Below, piece after piece: positions 12,114 through 24,443 of a stretch of 64,000 nucleotides of DNA (position 1 is the first letter of the stretch; each line of letters opens with the position of its first letter). The notes under the pieces were generated by a model. That model was given only the letters and a program-made list of their open reading frames with translations, had not been told where the DNA came from and did no database searches. Origin of the DNA: Burkholderiales bacterium. Its GTDB lineage: Bacteria; Pseudomonadota; Gammaproteobacteria; Burkholderiales; Burkholderiaceae_E. The stretch is from positions 18,463 through 82,462 of the forward strand of contig JBIQJM010000001.1 in the NCBI GenBank assembly GCA_044507525.1. Direction: 5' to 3'. A program made the position numbers and the translations under genes.

Positions 12114-12213
12114 CGACGTATCGTGCCGAAGCGCACGCCGGACCGGTTTGACCCGAGTCAACGGGCCGGCTTCTTCGGTACCATGGCGCGCAGCGCCACT
12201 CCAGGAAACGCGC

Positions 12214-13278
<1,065 letters not shown>

Positions 13279-14171
13279 CCGGGCGGGCGCCGATCAGGCC
13301 CGCCGTCAGCGCGGTACCGACGAGGATGATCGCCGCGCCGACGATCATCCGCACCGTGATCGTCTCGCCGAGCAGCAGCGCCCCCCACAGCATCGCGAAC
13401 GCGGGGACGAGGAAGGTCACCGTCACCGCGCCGACGCTGCCGATGCGCTCGATCAGGCGGAAGAACACCACGTAGGCGAAGCCGGTGCAGAACACGCCGA
13501 GCAGCACCGCGGAGAGCCACGCCATCGCGCCGGGCGAAGCCGCGGGCCAGGACAACGCCGCCAAGGGCAGCAGCATCGCCGCCGCGAAGACCAGGCTGCC
13601 GCCGGCGCTGGTCATCGAATCGATGTGCGACAGGTATTTCTTGGTCGCGACCGACGCGATGCCGTAGGACAGCGTCGCGCCGAAGATCGCGACGATCGGC
13701 AATCCGACGCCTTCGCCGCCGAAATCCAGGCGACCCCAGACGAGCACCAGCACGCCCGAGAACCCGACGACGAGCCCGAGCACCCGCGGCCGGCTCATGC
13801 GCTCGCCGAGCCAGGCGAAGGCGACCAGCGCGCTCCAGAACGGCACGGTCGCGTTGAGGATCGACGAGTAGCCGGCGCTGAGCCGCAGCATCGCGTAGCC
13901 GTAGAGGACGAAAGGAAGCGCCGAGCCGACCACCCCGACGAAGGCGATGCGCCCGGCGTTCGCCCGCAGCTCGGCCAGGTTCCCCGCGCGCAGCAGGAAG
14001 GGCAGCAGCACCAGCGCGCCGATCGCGGTGCGCATCAGCATCAGCGGAAACGCGCCGAAGGACGGGACCGCGACGCGGATGAACAGGAACGAGCCGCCCC
14101 ACAACGCGGCGAGCATCAGCAGGTCGACGACGTCGCGCCGCTTCAACGCGGGCCCCGGCAACGATCTTCGC

Positions 14172-15053
14172 TCATCCTCCGGCTCCCGCCGAACTCCACA
14201 GGTTCATCACCGCGTACGCGCGCCAGGGCTGCCAGTCGCGTGCGATCTCGCGGGCCCGGGCGGGGGTACGCGCGCCCAGTGCGCGCAGCACGGCGAGATC
14301 GCCGGCCGGAAAGGCGTCCGGCCAGCACAGCGCACGCATCGCGATGTACTGCGCGGTCCAGTCGCCGATGCCGGGCGTCGCGAGCAACCGTTCGACGGTC
14401 GGCTCGACCGGCGCGCCGGGGGCGAGCGCCAGCGTGCCGGCGGCCATCGCCTCGGCGAGCAGGCGGATCGTGCGCGCGCGACGCAGGTTCAGGCCGGAGG
14501 ACGCGATCGCCGCATCGTCGAGCGCCGCGATCGACGCGGCCGACGGGAACACGCGCGCGATGCCGGCAGGCGCGTCGTCGAGCCGCTCGCCGTGGCGTTC
14601 GACCAGGCGCCCGATCACCGTACGCGCGGCCTTGACGCTGATCTGCTGGCCGACGATCGCCCGCACGGCGAGCTCGAAGCCGTCGAAGGTTCCGACGAGC
14701 CGCATCGGGCCGTGCATCGGCGTTCCCGCGGGCAGCGCATCGAAGGGACCCGGCAACGCGAGATCGAGATCGAAGATCGCGCGCAGGTGCCGCAGGATCG
14801 GGTCGGCGACGGGCGCGAGCGAAGCGGAGAGCTCGACCGCGAGCGCCCGGCGATCGTCCGCCTCGCGAACGCGCAGCCATCCGTTGCGCACGGCCTGGCC
14901 GCTGCCCGCCGTCTCGGCGCCCGTCCACCGCGCGCTGCGCAGGTACGAGACGGCGTCTACGCTCTCGATGTTCTCGATGCGCCGCGCAGCGAGAAAAGCC
15001 AGGGTGCGCTGCCAATCGAAGGGAGGTCGATACGGCAGACGATGCGGAGGCAT
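14172..15053 (-). CDS. alkA: DNA-3-methyladenine glycosylase II (no Ada domain)
   Basis: LPYRPPFDW, FELAVRAIVGQQISV, HhH PGIGDWTAQYIAMR, PDAFPAGD, WQPWRAYA. Confidence 0.9.
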   Translation of the reverse strand: MPPHRLPYRPPFDWQRTLAFLAARRIENIESVDAVSYLRSARWTGAETAGSGQAVRNGWLRVREADDRRALAVELSASLAPVADPILRHLRAIFDLDLALPGPFDALPAGTPMHGPMRLVGTFDGFELAVRAIVGQQISVKAARTVIGRLVERHGERLDDAPAGIARVFPSAASIAALDDAAIASSGLNLRRARTIRLLAEAMAAGTLALAPGAPVEPTVERLLATPGIGDWTAQYIAMRALCWPDAFPAGDLAVLRALGARTPARAREIARDWQPWRAYAVMNLWSSAGAGG

Positions 15054-15060
15054 CCACGCA

Positions 15061-18000
15061 TTATGCCGGTGCGCCCGTGTGCACCGTACCGGCGCCGTCG
15101 TCGCCCGGGAGCACGAGCTCGATCAGGAGATCGTGCGCCGACACCGTGTCGCCCGGCTTGACGTGCACCGCGCGCACGGTCGCATCGCGCTCGGCGCGCA
15201 CCTGCGTCTCCATCTTCATCGCCTCGAGCGAGACCAGCGGATCGCCCGAACGCACGGTCTGTCCGGCCTTGACGGCGACGGTGACGACCATCCCGGGCAT
15301 CGGCGCCGGCACGTGCGCGGCGTTGCCCGCCTGGGCCTGCGCGCGGCGCACCGCGCGGGGCGCGCCGGCCTTCTCGACGCGCGTCGTTCGCGGCTGGCCG
15401 TTCAGCTCGAAGAAGACGCGCACGACGCCCTCTTCCTCGGCCGGCGCCGTCCCCTGCATCGCGACGACGAGCGTCTTGCCGCGGTCGATGTCGACGGCGA
15501 TCTCCTCGCGCTCGCGCATGCCGTAGAAGAAGGTCTGCGTCGGCAGCGCGGAGACGTCGCCGAAGGCGCGCCGGTGCTCGTCGTACTCGCGGAAGACCTT
15601 CGGGTACATCAGCCACGAGGCGAGCGCCTCGTCGTCGACCCGGCGCCCCAGCGCCCGGGCGGCGTCGTGTCGCGCGGCCTCGAGATCGACCGCCGGCAGC
15701 CGGTCGCCGGGACGATAGGGTTGCGGCGGCTCGGGCTCGATCGGATGCGCGCTGTCGCAGCGCAGGACCTTGCGCGACAGCGCCTGCGGAAACCCGTCGG
15801 GCGGGAATCCGAGCTCGCCGCGGAACAGCGACACGACGCTCTCGGGAAACGCGACCTCGCGATGCGGGTCGACGATGTCCTCGGCCGAGAGGTCGTTCGC
15901 AACCATGTGCAGTGCCAGGTCGCCGACGACCTTCGAGGTCGGCGTCACCTTGACGATGTCGCCGAAGGCGCGATTCACGTCGGCATACGCGCGGGCCACT
16001 TCCGGCCAGCGATGCTCCAGGCCCAGCGAGCGCGCCTGCTCGCGCAGGTTGGTGTACTGGCCGCCCGGCATCTCGTGCCGGTAGACGTCGGAGGTCCCGG
16101 CGCGGATGCCCGCCTCGAAGGGCGCATACAGCTCGCGCACGCCCTCCCAGTAGTGCGAGATCGCCTGCATCGCGGCACGGTCGACGCCGGCGTCGCGCGG
16201 GCCGCCCTCGAGCGCCGCGACGATCGCGCCGAGGTTCGGCTGCGAGGTGAGTCCGCTCATCGAATCCATCGCGCCGTCGACCGCGTCGGCGCCGCCGTCG
16301 ATCGCGGCGAGCACCGAAGCGACCGCGCCGCCGCTGGTGTCGTGCGTGTGGAAGTGCACGGGCAGCCCGGTCTCGCTGCGCAGCGCGTGCACGAGCTCGC
16401 GCGCGGCGCGCGGCCGGCAGACGCCGGCCATGTCCTTGATGCCGAGCACGTGCACGCCGGCGCGCTGCAGCGCGCGTGCCGCGTCGAGGTAGTAGCGCAA
16501 CGAGTACTTCGGGCGCGAATCGTCGAAGAGGTCGGCGGTGTAGCAGATCGTGCCTTCGCACAGCGCCCCCGCCTCGAGCACCGCGTCGATCGCCACGCGC
16601 ATGTTCTCGACCCAGTTCAGCGAGTCGAAGACGCGGAAGAGGTCGATACCGCCCGCGGCCGCGCGCGCGACGAAGTGGCGCACCACCTCGTCGCCGTAGT
16701 TCGTGTAGCCGACCGCGTTGCTGCCCCGAAGCAGCATCTGCAACAGGACGTTGGGGATCGCGGCGCGCAGCTTCGCCAGGCGCTCCCACGGGTCTTCCTT
16801 GAGGAACCGCAGCGCGACGTCGAAGGTCGCTCCGCCCCAGCACTCGAGCGAGAACAGCTGCGGCAGCGCACGCGCGTAGTACGGCGCGATGCGCAGCATG
16901 TCGATCGTGCGCATGCGCGTGGCGAACAGCGACTGGTGCGCGTCGCGCATCGTCGTGTCGGTGAGCAGCGCCTGCGGCTGCTCGAACATCCAGCGTGCGA
17001 ACAGTTCCGGGCCGACGGCGAGCAGCCGCTCGCGCGTCCCGCCGGGCACCGGCGCACCGGCGTCGAGCATCGACTCCGGCGGCATCGAAAGGTGATGACG
17101 GGAGAGGTCCGGCGCCGTGCGCCCCTTCATGTCGGGGTGTCCGTTCACCGTCACCTCGCCGATGTAGCGCAGCAGGCGCGTCGCGCGGTCGCGCCGCCTG
17201 GCGAAGCGGAAGAGCTCCGGCGTCGAATCGATGAAGCGGGTCGTCACCCGGCCGGCGACGAAGTCCGGGTGGTTGATCACGTTCTCGACGAACTGCAGGT
17301 TCGTCGCGACGCCGCGGATCCGGAACTCGCGCAACCCGCGATCCATGCGGCGGATCGCTTCGTGCGGCGTCGGCGCCCACGCGGTCACCTTCACCAGCAG
17401 CGAGTCGTAGTACGGCGTGATGACCGCACCGGTGTACGCGGTCCCGCCGTCGAGCCGCAGTCCGAAGCCGGCGGCGCTGCGATACGCGGTGATGCGCCCG
17501 TAGTCCGGGGTGAACTGGTTCTCGGGATCTTCCGTGGTGATCCGGCACTGCAGCGCATGGCCGTTCAGGCGGATCTCCGATTGCGCCGGCACCGGGGCCT
17601 CCGGGTCCCCGATGCGCGCCCCTTCGGCGATGCGCAGCTGCGCCTTGACGATGTCGATGCCGGTGACCTGCTCGGTCACCGTGTGCTCGACCTGGATGCG
17701 CGGGTTGACCTCGATGAAATGGAAGGCGCCGGTGTCGGCGTCCATCAGGAACTCGACGGTTCCGGCGTGCGTGTAGCCGACGCTGCGCATCAATCGGAGC
17801 GCCGCGTCGCACAGTTCGGCGCGTGCCTTCTCGTCGAGGTACGGCGCCGGGGCGCGCTCGACGACCTTCTGGTTGCGGCGCTGCACGGAACAGTCGCGCT
17901 CGAACAGGTGCACGACGTTGCCGTGCAGGTCGCCGATCACCTGCACCTCGACGTGCCGCGCGCGGCGCACCAGCTTCTCGAGATACACCTCGTCGTTGCC

Positions 18001-18585
18001 GAAGGCCGCCTGCGCCTCGCGTCGTGCCGCGTCGACCTGCGCGTCGAGATCCTTCGCCGACTCGATCGTGCGCATCCCGCGCCCGCCGCCGCCCCAGCTC
18101 GCCTTCAGCATCAACGGATAGCCGATCGCCTCGGCCATCTCCCGCGCGCGCTTCGCGTCGGCTGGAAGCGGACCGGTCGCGGGCATCACGGGGACGCCGG
18201 CGGCCTGCGCGGCGGCGCGCGCGGCGACCTTGTTGCCGAGCGTCGTCATCACTTCCGGCGAGGGACCCACGAAGACCACGCCGGCGCGACGGCAGGCGAG
18301 CGCGAAGTCGGGATTCTCCGAGAGAAAGCCGTAGCCGGGATGGATCGCGTCGACGCGCGCCTGGCGCGCGATGCGCAGGATGTCGTCGATGTCGAGATAG
18401 GCCTGCAGCGGCTTTCGCCCCTCGCCGACGCGATAGCTCTCGTCGGCCTTGAAGCGATGCAGCGAGAAGCGGTCCTCGTGCGAGTAGATCGCGACGGTGC
18501 GCATGCCGAGCTCGGCGGCCGCACGCATCACGCGGATCGCGATCTCCGATCGATTGGCGACGAGCAGCGACTGGATGCGGGGCAT
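15061..18585 (-). CDS. pyc: Pyruvate carboxylase (single chain)
   Basis: ANRSEIAIR, HPGYGFLSEN, RDAHQSL, ECWGGATFD, HEMPGGQYTNL, biotin motif EAMKME. Confidence 0.96.
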   Translation of the reverse strand: MPRIQSLLVANRSEIAIRVMRAAAELGMRTVAIYSHEDRFSLHRFKADESYRVGEGRKPLQAYLDIDDILRIARQARVDAIHPGYGFLSENPDFALACRRAGVVFVGPSPEVMTTLGNKVAARAAAQAAGVPVMPATGPLPADAKRAREMAEAIGYPLMLKASWGGGGRGMRTIESAKDLDAQVDAARREAQAAFGNDEVYLEKLVRRARHVEVQVIGDLHGNVVHLFERDCSVQRRNQKVVERAPAPYLDEKARAELCDAALRLMRSVGYTHAGTVEFLMDADTGAFHFIEVNPRIQVEHTVTEQVTGIDIVKAQLRIAEGARIGDPEAPVPAQSEIRLNGHALQCRITTEDPENQFTPDYGRITAYRSAAGFGLRLDGGTAYTGAVITPYYDSLLVKVTAWAPTPHEAIRRMDRGLREFRIRGVATNLQFVENVINHPDFVAGRVTTRFIDSTPELFRFARRRDRATRLLRYIGEVTVNGHPDMKGRTAPDLSRHHLSMPPESMLDAGAPVPGGTRERLLAVGPELFARWMFEQPQALLTDTTMRDAHQSLFATRMRTIDMLRIAPYYARALPQLFSLECWGGATFDVALRFLKEDPWERLAKLRAAIPNVLLQMLLRGSNAVGYTNYGDEVVRHFVARAAAGGIDLFRVFDSLNWVENMRVAIDAVLEAGALCEGTICYTADLFDDSRPKYSLRYYLDAARALQRAGVHVLGIKDMAGVCRPRAARELVHALRSETGLPVHFHTHDTSGGAVASVLAAIDGGADAVDGAMDSMSGLTSQPNLGAIVAALEGGPRDAGVDRAAMQAISHYWEGVRELYAPFEAGIRAGTSDVYRHEMPGGQYTNLREQARSLGLEHRWPEVARAYADVNRAFGDIVKVTPTSKVVGDLALHMVANDLSAEDIVDPHREVAFPESVVSLFRGELGFPPDGFPQALSRKVLRCDSAHPIEPEPPQPYRPGDRLPAVDLEAARHDAARALGRRVDDEALASWLMYPKVFREYDEHRRAFGDVSALPTQTFFYGMREREEIAVDIDRGKTLVVAMQGTAPAEEEGVVRVFFELNGQPRTTRVEKAGAPRAVRRAQAQAGNAAHVPAPMPGMVVTVAVKAGQTVRSGDPLVSLEAMKMETQVRAERDATVRAVHVKPGDTVSAHDLLIELVLPGDDGAGTVHTGAPA

Positions 18586-18683
18586 GGAAGCAAAGGCGAA
18601 AGACCAGCGAGGCATGATAACCGTGCGCTATCCGGTACGATCGCCCGCGGTCGCGCCGTCGCGCGCACGATGAAGAAGAACCG

Positions 18684-20273
18684 ATGAAGATTGTTCCCCC
18701 GTGCGTGCGCGCGGCCGCCGTTTCGCTCGTTGCACTGCTCGCCGCCTGCGGCGGCGGAGGCGGCGGGGATTCCGATGCATCCGCCATCCGGATCGCACAG
18801 GAGAACTGCTCGTTCAGCTACGCGCCGGAGCCACCGGCCGGGAGCGAAGGCGCCGACCCGCTGCTCTCCCGGCAATGGCACCTGCGCAACGAGGGACAAT
18901 TCGGCGGCCCTGCCGGCGAAGACGTGCGCGCGCTCGCCGCATGGTCGGCTTCGGGCAAGGGCGAAGGCGTGCGCCTGGCGATCGTCGACGACGCGATCGA
19001 GACGCTGCACGAGGATCTCTTTCCGAACCTCGTCGCGTTTCGCAACTACCGTTTCAACGCGCCGCCCGATACGCATCCGCTGCCCTGCGAGGCCGATGAC
19101 GACCACGGAACGGCGGTGGCCGGAGTCGCGGCCGCGCGCGACGGCAACGGCCTGGGCGTGGCCGGAGTGGCGCCGCGGGTCGAGCTCGCCGCGTACAACG
19201 CGCTGGCGTCGGGTTCGAATGCCGACGTCGTCGACGCACTGCGGCGCGACGGCGCGGTCACCGCAATCTACAACAACAGCTGGGGCGCTCCGGACCGGAC
19301 CGGGACACTGAACCCGTCCGGTCCCGACTTCCGCAATGCGATCCTCGACGGCACCCGTCTCGGTCGAGGCGGCCTCGGCGCCGTCTACGTGTTCCCGGCG
19401 GGCAACGGCGGCCAGGGCGGCCGGGACAATTCGAACTACGACGGCTACGTCAACGGGCACGGCATCATCGCCGCGTGCGCGGTCGACAGCGACGGCCGCG
19501 CCCCCGCGTGGGCGGAGCCCGGCGCAAACATCCTCGTCTGCGGAATGAGCGACCCGGGAACCGCGAGCGGCCCCGCCATCACGACCACCGACGTCCGCAA
19601 CGCCTACCGCTCGAACTTCAGCGGGACCTCGGCGAGTACGCCGATGGTCGCCGGCGTGGCGGCGCTGGTGCTGCAGGCCAACCCGTCGCTCAGCTGGCGC
19701 GACGTGCGGCTGATCCTCGCCACCACCGCGCGCAAGAACGATCCGGGCGACGCTCGCTGGGAGACGAACGCGGCCGGGCATCTCGTGCATCCGTTCTTCG
19801 GCTTCGGCGTTGCAGATGCCCAGGCCGCCACGGCACTCGCCCGCACCTGGTCGAGCGTGCGCGGCAGCGAGGCGCTGGTGGCGTGCCGGCCGCCCACGAG
19901 CACCGTGGAACAGCCGCTGAACGACGGGACGGTGCTCACCGACACGATCCACGTGGGAGTCGATTGCCCGATCAGCAGGATCGAGTTCGTGGAGGTCAGC
20001 TTCCGCGCCGGTCATTCCTATGATGGAGACCTGCGCATCGAGCTGCAGCGCCCCGACCTCGCCTCGCCTTCGACGACGCTTGCCGACGCCCGCATCTGCA
20101 GGGTCAACGACACGACCGTCCAGTGCGGCGACTACGACGCGGGCTGGGTATTCAAGAGCGTTCGCAACCTCGACGAGCCGGCGCAGGGAGAATGGACGTT
20201 GAAGGTCACGGACGCGCTGGCAGGCGACACGGGAACGTGGACCGACTGGTCGTTGACGATCTGGGGACGATAG
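18684..20273 (+). CDS. Kexin/furin-like S8 serine protease lipoprotein with P domain
   Basis: Lipobox LLAAC; catalytic D (IVDD), H (HGTAVAG), N (AGNG), S (GTSASTP); LSWRDV, FGFG; P domain ending WSLTIWG. Confidence 0.9.
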   Translation: MKIVPPCVRAAAVSLVALLAACGGGGGGDSDASAIRIAQENCSFSYAPEPPAGSEGADPLLSRQWHLRNEGQFGGPAGEDVRALAAWSASGKGEGVRLAIVDDAIETLHEDLFPNLVAFRNYRFNAPPDTHPLPCEADDDHGTAVAGVAAARDGNGLGVAGVAPRVELAAYNALASGSNADVVDALRRDGAVTAIYNNSWGAPDRTGTLNPSGPDFRNAILDGTRLGRGGLGAVYVFPAGNGGQGGRDNSNYDGYVNGHGIIAACAVDSDGRAPAWAEPGANILVCGMSDPGTASGPAITTTDVRNAYRSNFSGTSASTPMVAGVAALVLQANPSLSWRDVRLILATTARKNDPGDARWETNAAGHLVHPFFGFGVADAQAATALARTWSSVRGSEALVACRPPTSTVEQPLNDGTVLTDTIHVGVDCPISRIEFVEVSFRAGHSYDGDLRIELQRPDLASPSTTLADARICRVNDTTVQCGDYDAGWVFKSVRNLDEPAQGEWTLKVTDALAGDTGTWTDWSLTIWGR

Positions 20274-20848
20274 TGAAACGCAGACTCGGCTCGAGGATCG
20301 CGCTCGCGGCGGCGCTCTCGATCGGCGCAGGCAGCCAGATGGCGTGCGCGCAGATGCCGCCGGCGAGCAAGGCCGGCACGACCGCGGGCATCTCGCCCGA
20401 GGCGGAGAAACCGGATCCGGCGCAGCGCGTCTGGCACGACGGCGACCGCAAGCGGACGCTGCAGGTCGATCCGGAATGGGTCGTAGACTTCCGCGGCTCG
20501 AAGCCGAATCTCGAGCGCGCCCGGCAGCCGGCGACGGCGGCCACCGCGAAGAACGGTCCCGCCCTCTCCCCGGGCCAGTCGCAGGTGCTGCGCGACGAGA
20601 CCGGCGCGCCCCGCGCGCTGCCGGGCGGCGTCATCGTGCGCCTGCGCGACGCCGACATCGCCGGCGCGCGGGCGCTCTTCACCGAACTCGGTTTGCAGCC
20701 CGTTCGCGCGATCGATCCGGAGGAACGCACCTGGCTCGTCGCGTCGCCGCCCGGCCTCGAGTCGCTCACGCTCGCCAACCGGCTGCACGAAAGCGGGCGC
20801 TTCGAAGCGGCGACGCCGAACTGGTGGCGACCGCGCGCGACGAAGTAG
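20273..20848 (+). CDS. Secreted prodomain/I9-like partner of the S8 protease (putative external chaperone)
   Basis: GTG overlaps the protease TAG; signal peptide; PGGVIVRL...WLV...LANRL...FEAATPN prodomain-like pattern; ends RPRATK. Confidence 0.65.
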   Translation: MKRRLGSRIALAAALSIGAGSQMACAQMPPASKAGTTAGISPEAEKPDPAQRVWHDGDRKRTLQVDPEWVVDFRGSKPNLERARQPATAATAKNGPALSPGQSQVLRDETGAPRALPGGVIVRLRDADIAGARALFTELGLQPVRAIDPEERTWLVASPPGLESLTLANRLHESGRFEAATPNWWRPRATK

Positions 20849-20876
20849 GCGCGCCCGGTTTCGCACTGCGTCGTCG

Positions 20877-21500
20877 CTACCGCGGCTGCCGCGGAACCTC
20901 GACGCGCCGCGTCACGCCGCTCGGGCCGGGGAAGTCCTCGAACAGTGCGCGCGCAAGCAGCGGCAATACCTCCTCGGGCTGCGGAACGAAGCCGTCGGTG
21001 AGCGCCGTGCCTTCGTAGACGCGCCGCGGCGGCTTCGTCGACAGGTCGTCGATCTGCACGCGCAGCCGATAGTCGTACCAGATCCGGTCGCTCGACACCG
21101 GGTAGTACGCCGAACCCCACCACAATGGCCCGCCGACGCTGAAGCCCGCGTGCCGCCCGAAACTGCCCCACCAGAAGTACGGCTGGACCATCGGCTGGTA
21201 CTCGGTGAAGCGACCCAGGCGACGGTCGACGCGGAAGTCGAAGGAAACCTCGAAACGCGGGTCCGGCGCCTGGCGAAAGCCCGCCCGCGCCAGTTCGGCG
21301 CGCATCAGGTCTTCCCAGTTCGCGTGCTCGAGGCTGTTGCGCTGCTGCTCCGTGCGCGCGAAACGGTAGGTACGCGGCGCGTCCTGCGGCCACTCGTTGA
21401 ACGTGGTGATCTCGCCGCGCAACGGCGTCGCGCAACCCGAGACGAGCGCCACGAGCGATGCGAGCAACGCACATGGCAGGCAACGAGGAAACGCGATCAT
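20877..21500 (-). CDS. DUF4136-like lipoprotein
   Basis: GGAGG RBS, lipobox VSGC, RVYEGTA...LFEDFPGPSG. Confidence 0.75.
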   Translation of the reverse strand: MIAFPRCLPCALLASLVALVSGCATPLRGEITTFNEWPQDAPRTYRFARTEQQRNSLEHANWEDLMRAELARAGFRQAPDPRFEVSFDFRVDRRLGRFTEYQPMVQPYFWWGSFGRHAGFSVGGPLWWGSAYYPVSSDRIWYDYRLRVQIDDLSTKPPRRVYEGTALTDGFVPQPEEVLPLLARALFEDFPGPSGVTRRVEVPRQPR

Positions 21501-21643
21501 GATCGCCTCCGACAGTGCCGCTCCGGGCCCGCTTCTGCGCACGGCGGGCCAAGTGCACGAAACACCCTCTGCGGCAACGGGCTCGCCGCTGCGGCGAGCG
21601 CTTACAATCGGAGCACCCTTGGCCGAAGTTCGAGCGCCGTTCC

Positions 21644-24379
21644 GTGACCGTTCATCGTACCGCCTATACGCCGCCGCCCTGGCTCGTCGACGACGTCCGG
21701 CTGGTCTTCGATCTCGATCCCCGGCGAACCACCGTTCGCACCACGATGTCGGTGCGTCGCAACCCGCAGGCGGCGCCCGATGCGCCCGCCGCGCTCGTTC
21801 TCGACGGCGAGCAGCTGGAACTGCTCGACCTGCGCATCGACGGTCGCCCGCTCGAGCCCACCGCATACCGGATCGACGAGCGCTCGCTGAGCATCGACCG
21901 CCTGCCCGAGCGCTGCGAAGTGGGCACGGTCGTCTGCATCGATCCGCAGGCGAACACCGCGTTGAGCGGCCTGTATCGCTCGAACGGCGGCTACTTCACG
22001 CAGTGCGAGGCGCAGGGCTTTCGCCGCATCACGTGGTTTCCGGACCGCCCCGACGTGATGGCGCGCTACACGGTCACCCTGCGTGCACCGCGCGAAGACT
22101 GTCCCGTGCTGCTGTCGAACGGCAACCTCGTCGACGCCGGCAGCGGCACCCGCGCGGACGCGGCCGACGATGCCGTCGCCGGCGACGAGTGGCACTGGGC
22201 GACGTGGCACGACCCCTTCCCGAAGCCCAGCTACCTGTTCGCCGTCGTCGCGGCGCGGCTCGTCGCCAACGAACGGCGGCTGCGCACGCGCTCGGGGCGC
22301 GACGTGCTGCTGCAGGTGTGGGTCGAGCCCGGCAACGAGGCGCGCACGGGCCACGCGATGGCTTCGCTCGAGCGCGCGATCCGCTGGGACGAGGAGCGCT
22401 TCGGGCTCGAGCTCGATCTCGACCGCTTCATGATCGTCGCCGTCAGCGATTTCAACATGGGAGCGATGGAGAACAAGGGGCTGAACATCTTCAACGCGAA
22501 GTACGTGTTCGCCGATTCCCACATCGCGACCGACCACGACTTCGCGGCGGTCGAATCGGTCGTCGGGCACGAGTACTTCCACAACTGGACGGGCAATCGC
22601 GTCACCTGCCGCGACTGGTTCCAGCTCACGCTCAAGGAAGGGCTCACCGTCTTCCGCGACCAGGAGTTCTCGGCCGACATGCTCGCCGCGCGCACGACCG
22701 ATGCCGCGAGCGCGCGCGCCGTCAAGCGCATCGAGGACGTGCGGGTGCTGCGTTCGGCGCAGTTCGCCGAGGACGCCGGGCCGATGGCGCATCCGATCCG
22801 GCCCGATGCCTACGAGGAGATCGACAACTTCTACACGGTCACCGTCTACGAGAAAGGCGCCGAGGTCATCCGGATGCTGCAGACGCTCGCAGGGCGGGAC
22901 GGCTTCCGGCGCGGACTCGATCTCTACTTCGAGCGCCACGACGGGCAGGCGGTGACCTGCGACGACTTCGTGTCGGCGATCGGCGACGCGAACGCGCTTG
23001 CGCTCGAGCAATTCCGGCTCTGGTATTCGCAGGCCGGCACACCCCGGGTGCGCGTCCGCGGCAGTCACGACGCGGCCGCGCGGCGCTACACGCTCGAAGT
23101 GGAGCAGCTCACGCCGCCGACGCCGGGACAGCCCGAGAAACGACCGTTGCACATCCCCTTCGCCGTCGGCCTGGTCGGACGCGACGACGGGCGCGACCGC
23201 CCGTTGCTCGTCTCCGAACTCGTCGACGGGCAGCTGCACCGGATCGACGCACGCCCCGGCGACACCGGCGAACGCACCGTGGTGCTCGACCTCACCGAAT
23301 CGCGCCACGTGATCGTCTTCGACGACATCGACGCCGATCCGGTACCCTCGCTCGCGCGCGATTTCTCGGCCCCGATCGTCGTCGAATACGACTACGACGA
23401 CGCCGCGCTCGCGCTGCTCGCCGCACACGACAGCGACCCGTTCAACCGCTGGGAGGCGCTGCAGCGCTTCGTCACCGCGAGCATTCTCGCCGTGCTCGAG
23501 GGCGCCGACCCCTCCGCACGCTGCGTACCGCTGGTCTCGACCGTCGCCGCGTTGCTCGACGACGACGCGCTCGACCCGGCGTTTCGCGAGCAGCTCTTCA
23601 CGCTGCCCTCCGAGGGCTTCGTCGCCGAGCAGCTGTCGGTGGTCGACCCGGCGGCGCTGCGCGCCGCGCGAAACGCGGTGCGCCGCTGCCTGGCGAGCGC
23701 GCTCGATGCGCGCTGGCGCGAGACGTGGTCCGCTTTCCGCGACGACGCCCCCTATTCGCCGGACCCGGCCGCCGCCGGGCGCCGCGCGCTGAAGAACGCG
23801 GCACTGCGCTACTGGATCGAAACGCAGGCGCGCGAGGCGGTCGACGCGGCGCTCGCGCAGTTCGACGCCGCCGACAACATGACCGATCGCATGGGCGCGT
23901 TGCAGGCGCTGCTGCACACGCCCTTCGCCGCCCGCGACGAGGCGCTCGCCCGGTTCGCCGCACGCTACGCCGACGAACCGCTCGTGCTCGACAAATGGTT
24001 CGCGCTGCAGGCGACGATGCATCGCCAGCCGGGCGACGGCCCGGTGCTCGCGCGCGTGCGCGAGCTGATGCGCCATCCGGCGTACTCGGTGCGCAACCCG
24101 AACCGGCTGCGCGCGCTCGTCGGCAGTTTCTGCAACGGCAACCTCGCCGAGTTCCACGCGCCCGACGGCTCGGGCTACGCGTTCTGGGTCGAGCAGGTGA
24201 TCGAGGTCGACGCGCTGAACCCGCAGGCAGCCGCGCGCCTCGCCCGTGCGCTCGACCGCTGGCGCAAGTTCGACCCCGACCGGCAGCGGCGGATGCGCGC
24301 GGCGCTCGAAGACGTCGAACGGCATCGGCCGCTGTCGAACGACGTGCGCGAGATCGTCCAGAAGTCGCTCGCCGCCTGA
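21644..24379 (+). CDS. pepN: Aminopeptidase N (M1); start uncertain
   Basis: [22 protein letters not shown]-x18-[15 protein letters not shown]. Confidence 0.95.
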   Translation: MTVHRTAYTPPPWLVDDVRLVFDLDPRRTTVRTTMSVRRNPQAAPDAPAALVLDGEQLELLDLRIDGRPLEPTAYRIDERSLSIDRLPERCEVGTVVCIDPQANTALSGLYRSNGGYFTQCEAQGFRRITWFPDRPDVMARYTVTLRAPREDCPVLLSNGNLVDAGSGTRADAADDAVAGDEWHWATWHDPFPKPSYLFAVVAARLVANERRLRTRSGRDVLLQVWVEPGNEARTGHAMASLERAIRWDEERFGLELDLDRFMIVAVSDFNMGAMENKGLNIFNAKYVFADSHIATDHDFAAVESVVGHEYFHNWTGNRVTCRDWFQLTLKEGLTVFRDQEFSADMLAARTTDAASARAVKRIEDVRVLRSAQFAEDAGPMAHPIRPDAYEEIDNFYTVTVYEKGAEVIRMLQTLAGRDGFRRGLDLYFERHDGQAVTCDDFVSAIGDANALALEQFRLWYSQAGTPRVRVRGSHDAAARRYTLEVEQLTPPTPGQPEKRPLHIPFAVGLVGRDDGRDRPLLVSELVDGQLHRIDARPGDTGERTVVLDLTESRHVIVFDDIDADPVPSLARDFSAPIVVEYDYDDAALALLAAHDSDPFNRWEALQRFVTASILAVLEGADPSARCVPLVSTVAALLDDDALDPAFREQLFTLPSEGFVAEQLSVVDPAALRAARNAVRRCLASALDARWRETWSAFRDDAPYSPDPAAAGRRALKNAALRYWIETQAREAVDAALAQFDAADNMTDRMGALQALLHTPFAARDEALARFAARYADEPLVLDKWFALQATMHRQPGDGPVLARVRELMRHPAYSVRNPNRLRALVGSFCNGNLAEFHAPDGSGYAFWVEQVIEVDALNPQAAARLARALDRWRKFDPDRQRRMRAALEDVERHRPLSNDVREIVQKSLAA

Positions 24380-24443
24380 GCGCGGCACCGCCAGACGCGC
24401 GCAGCCGGCCACGCACCCGATCCAGTTCCCTGCAGGAGTCGCC

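Noticed and set aside
14344..18687. Very long alternative ORFs (1447 aa here; also 821-4459, 14957-18787, 21602-24751, 50593-53637)
   Set aside because: Antisense or shifted-frame shadows of real genes; Arg/Ala-rich and motif-free, as expected when high GC depletes stop codons
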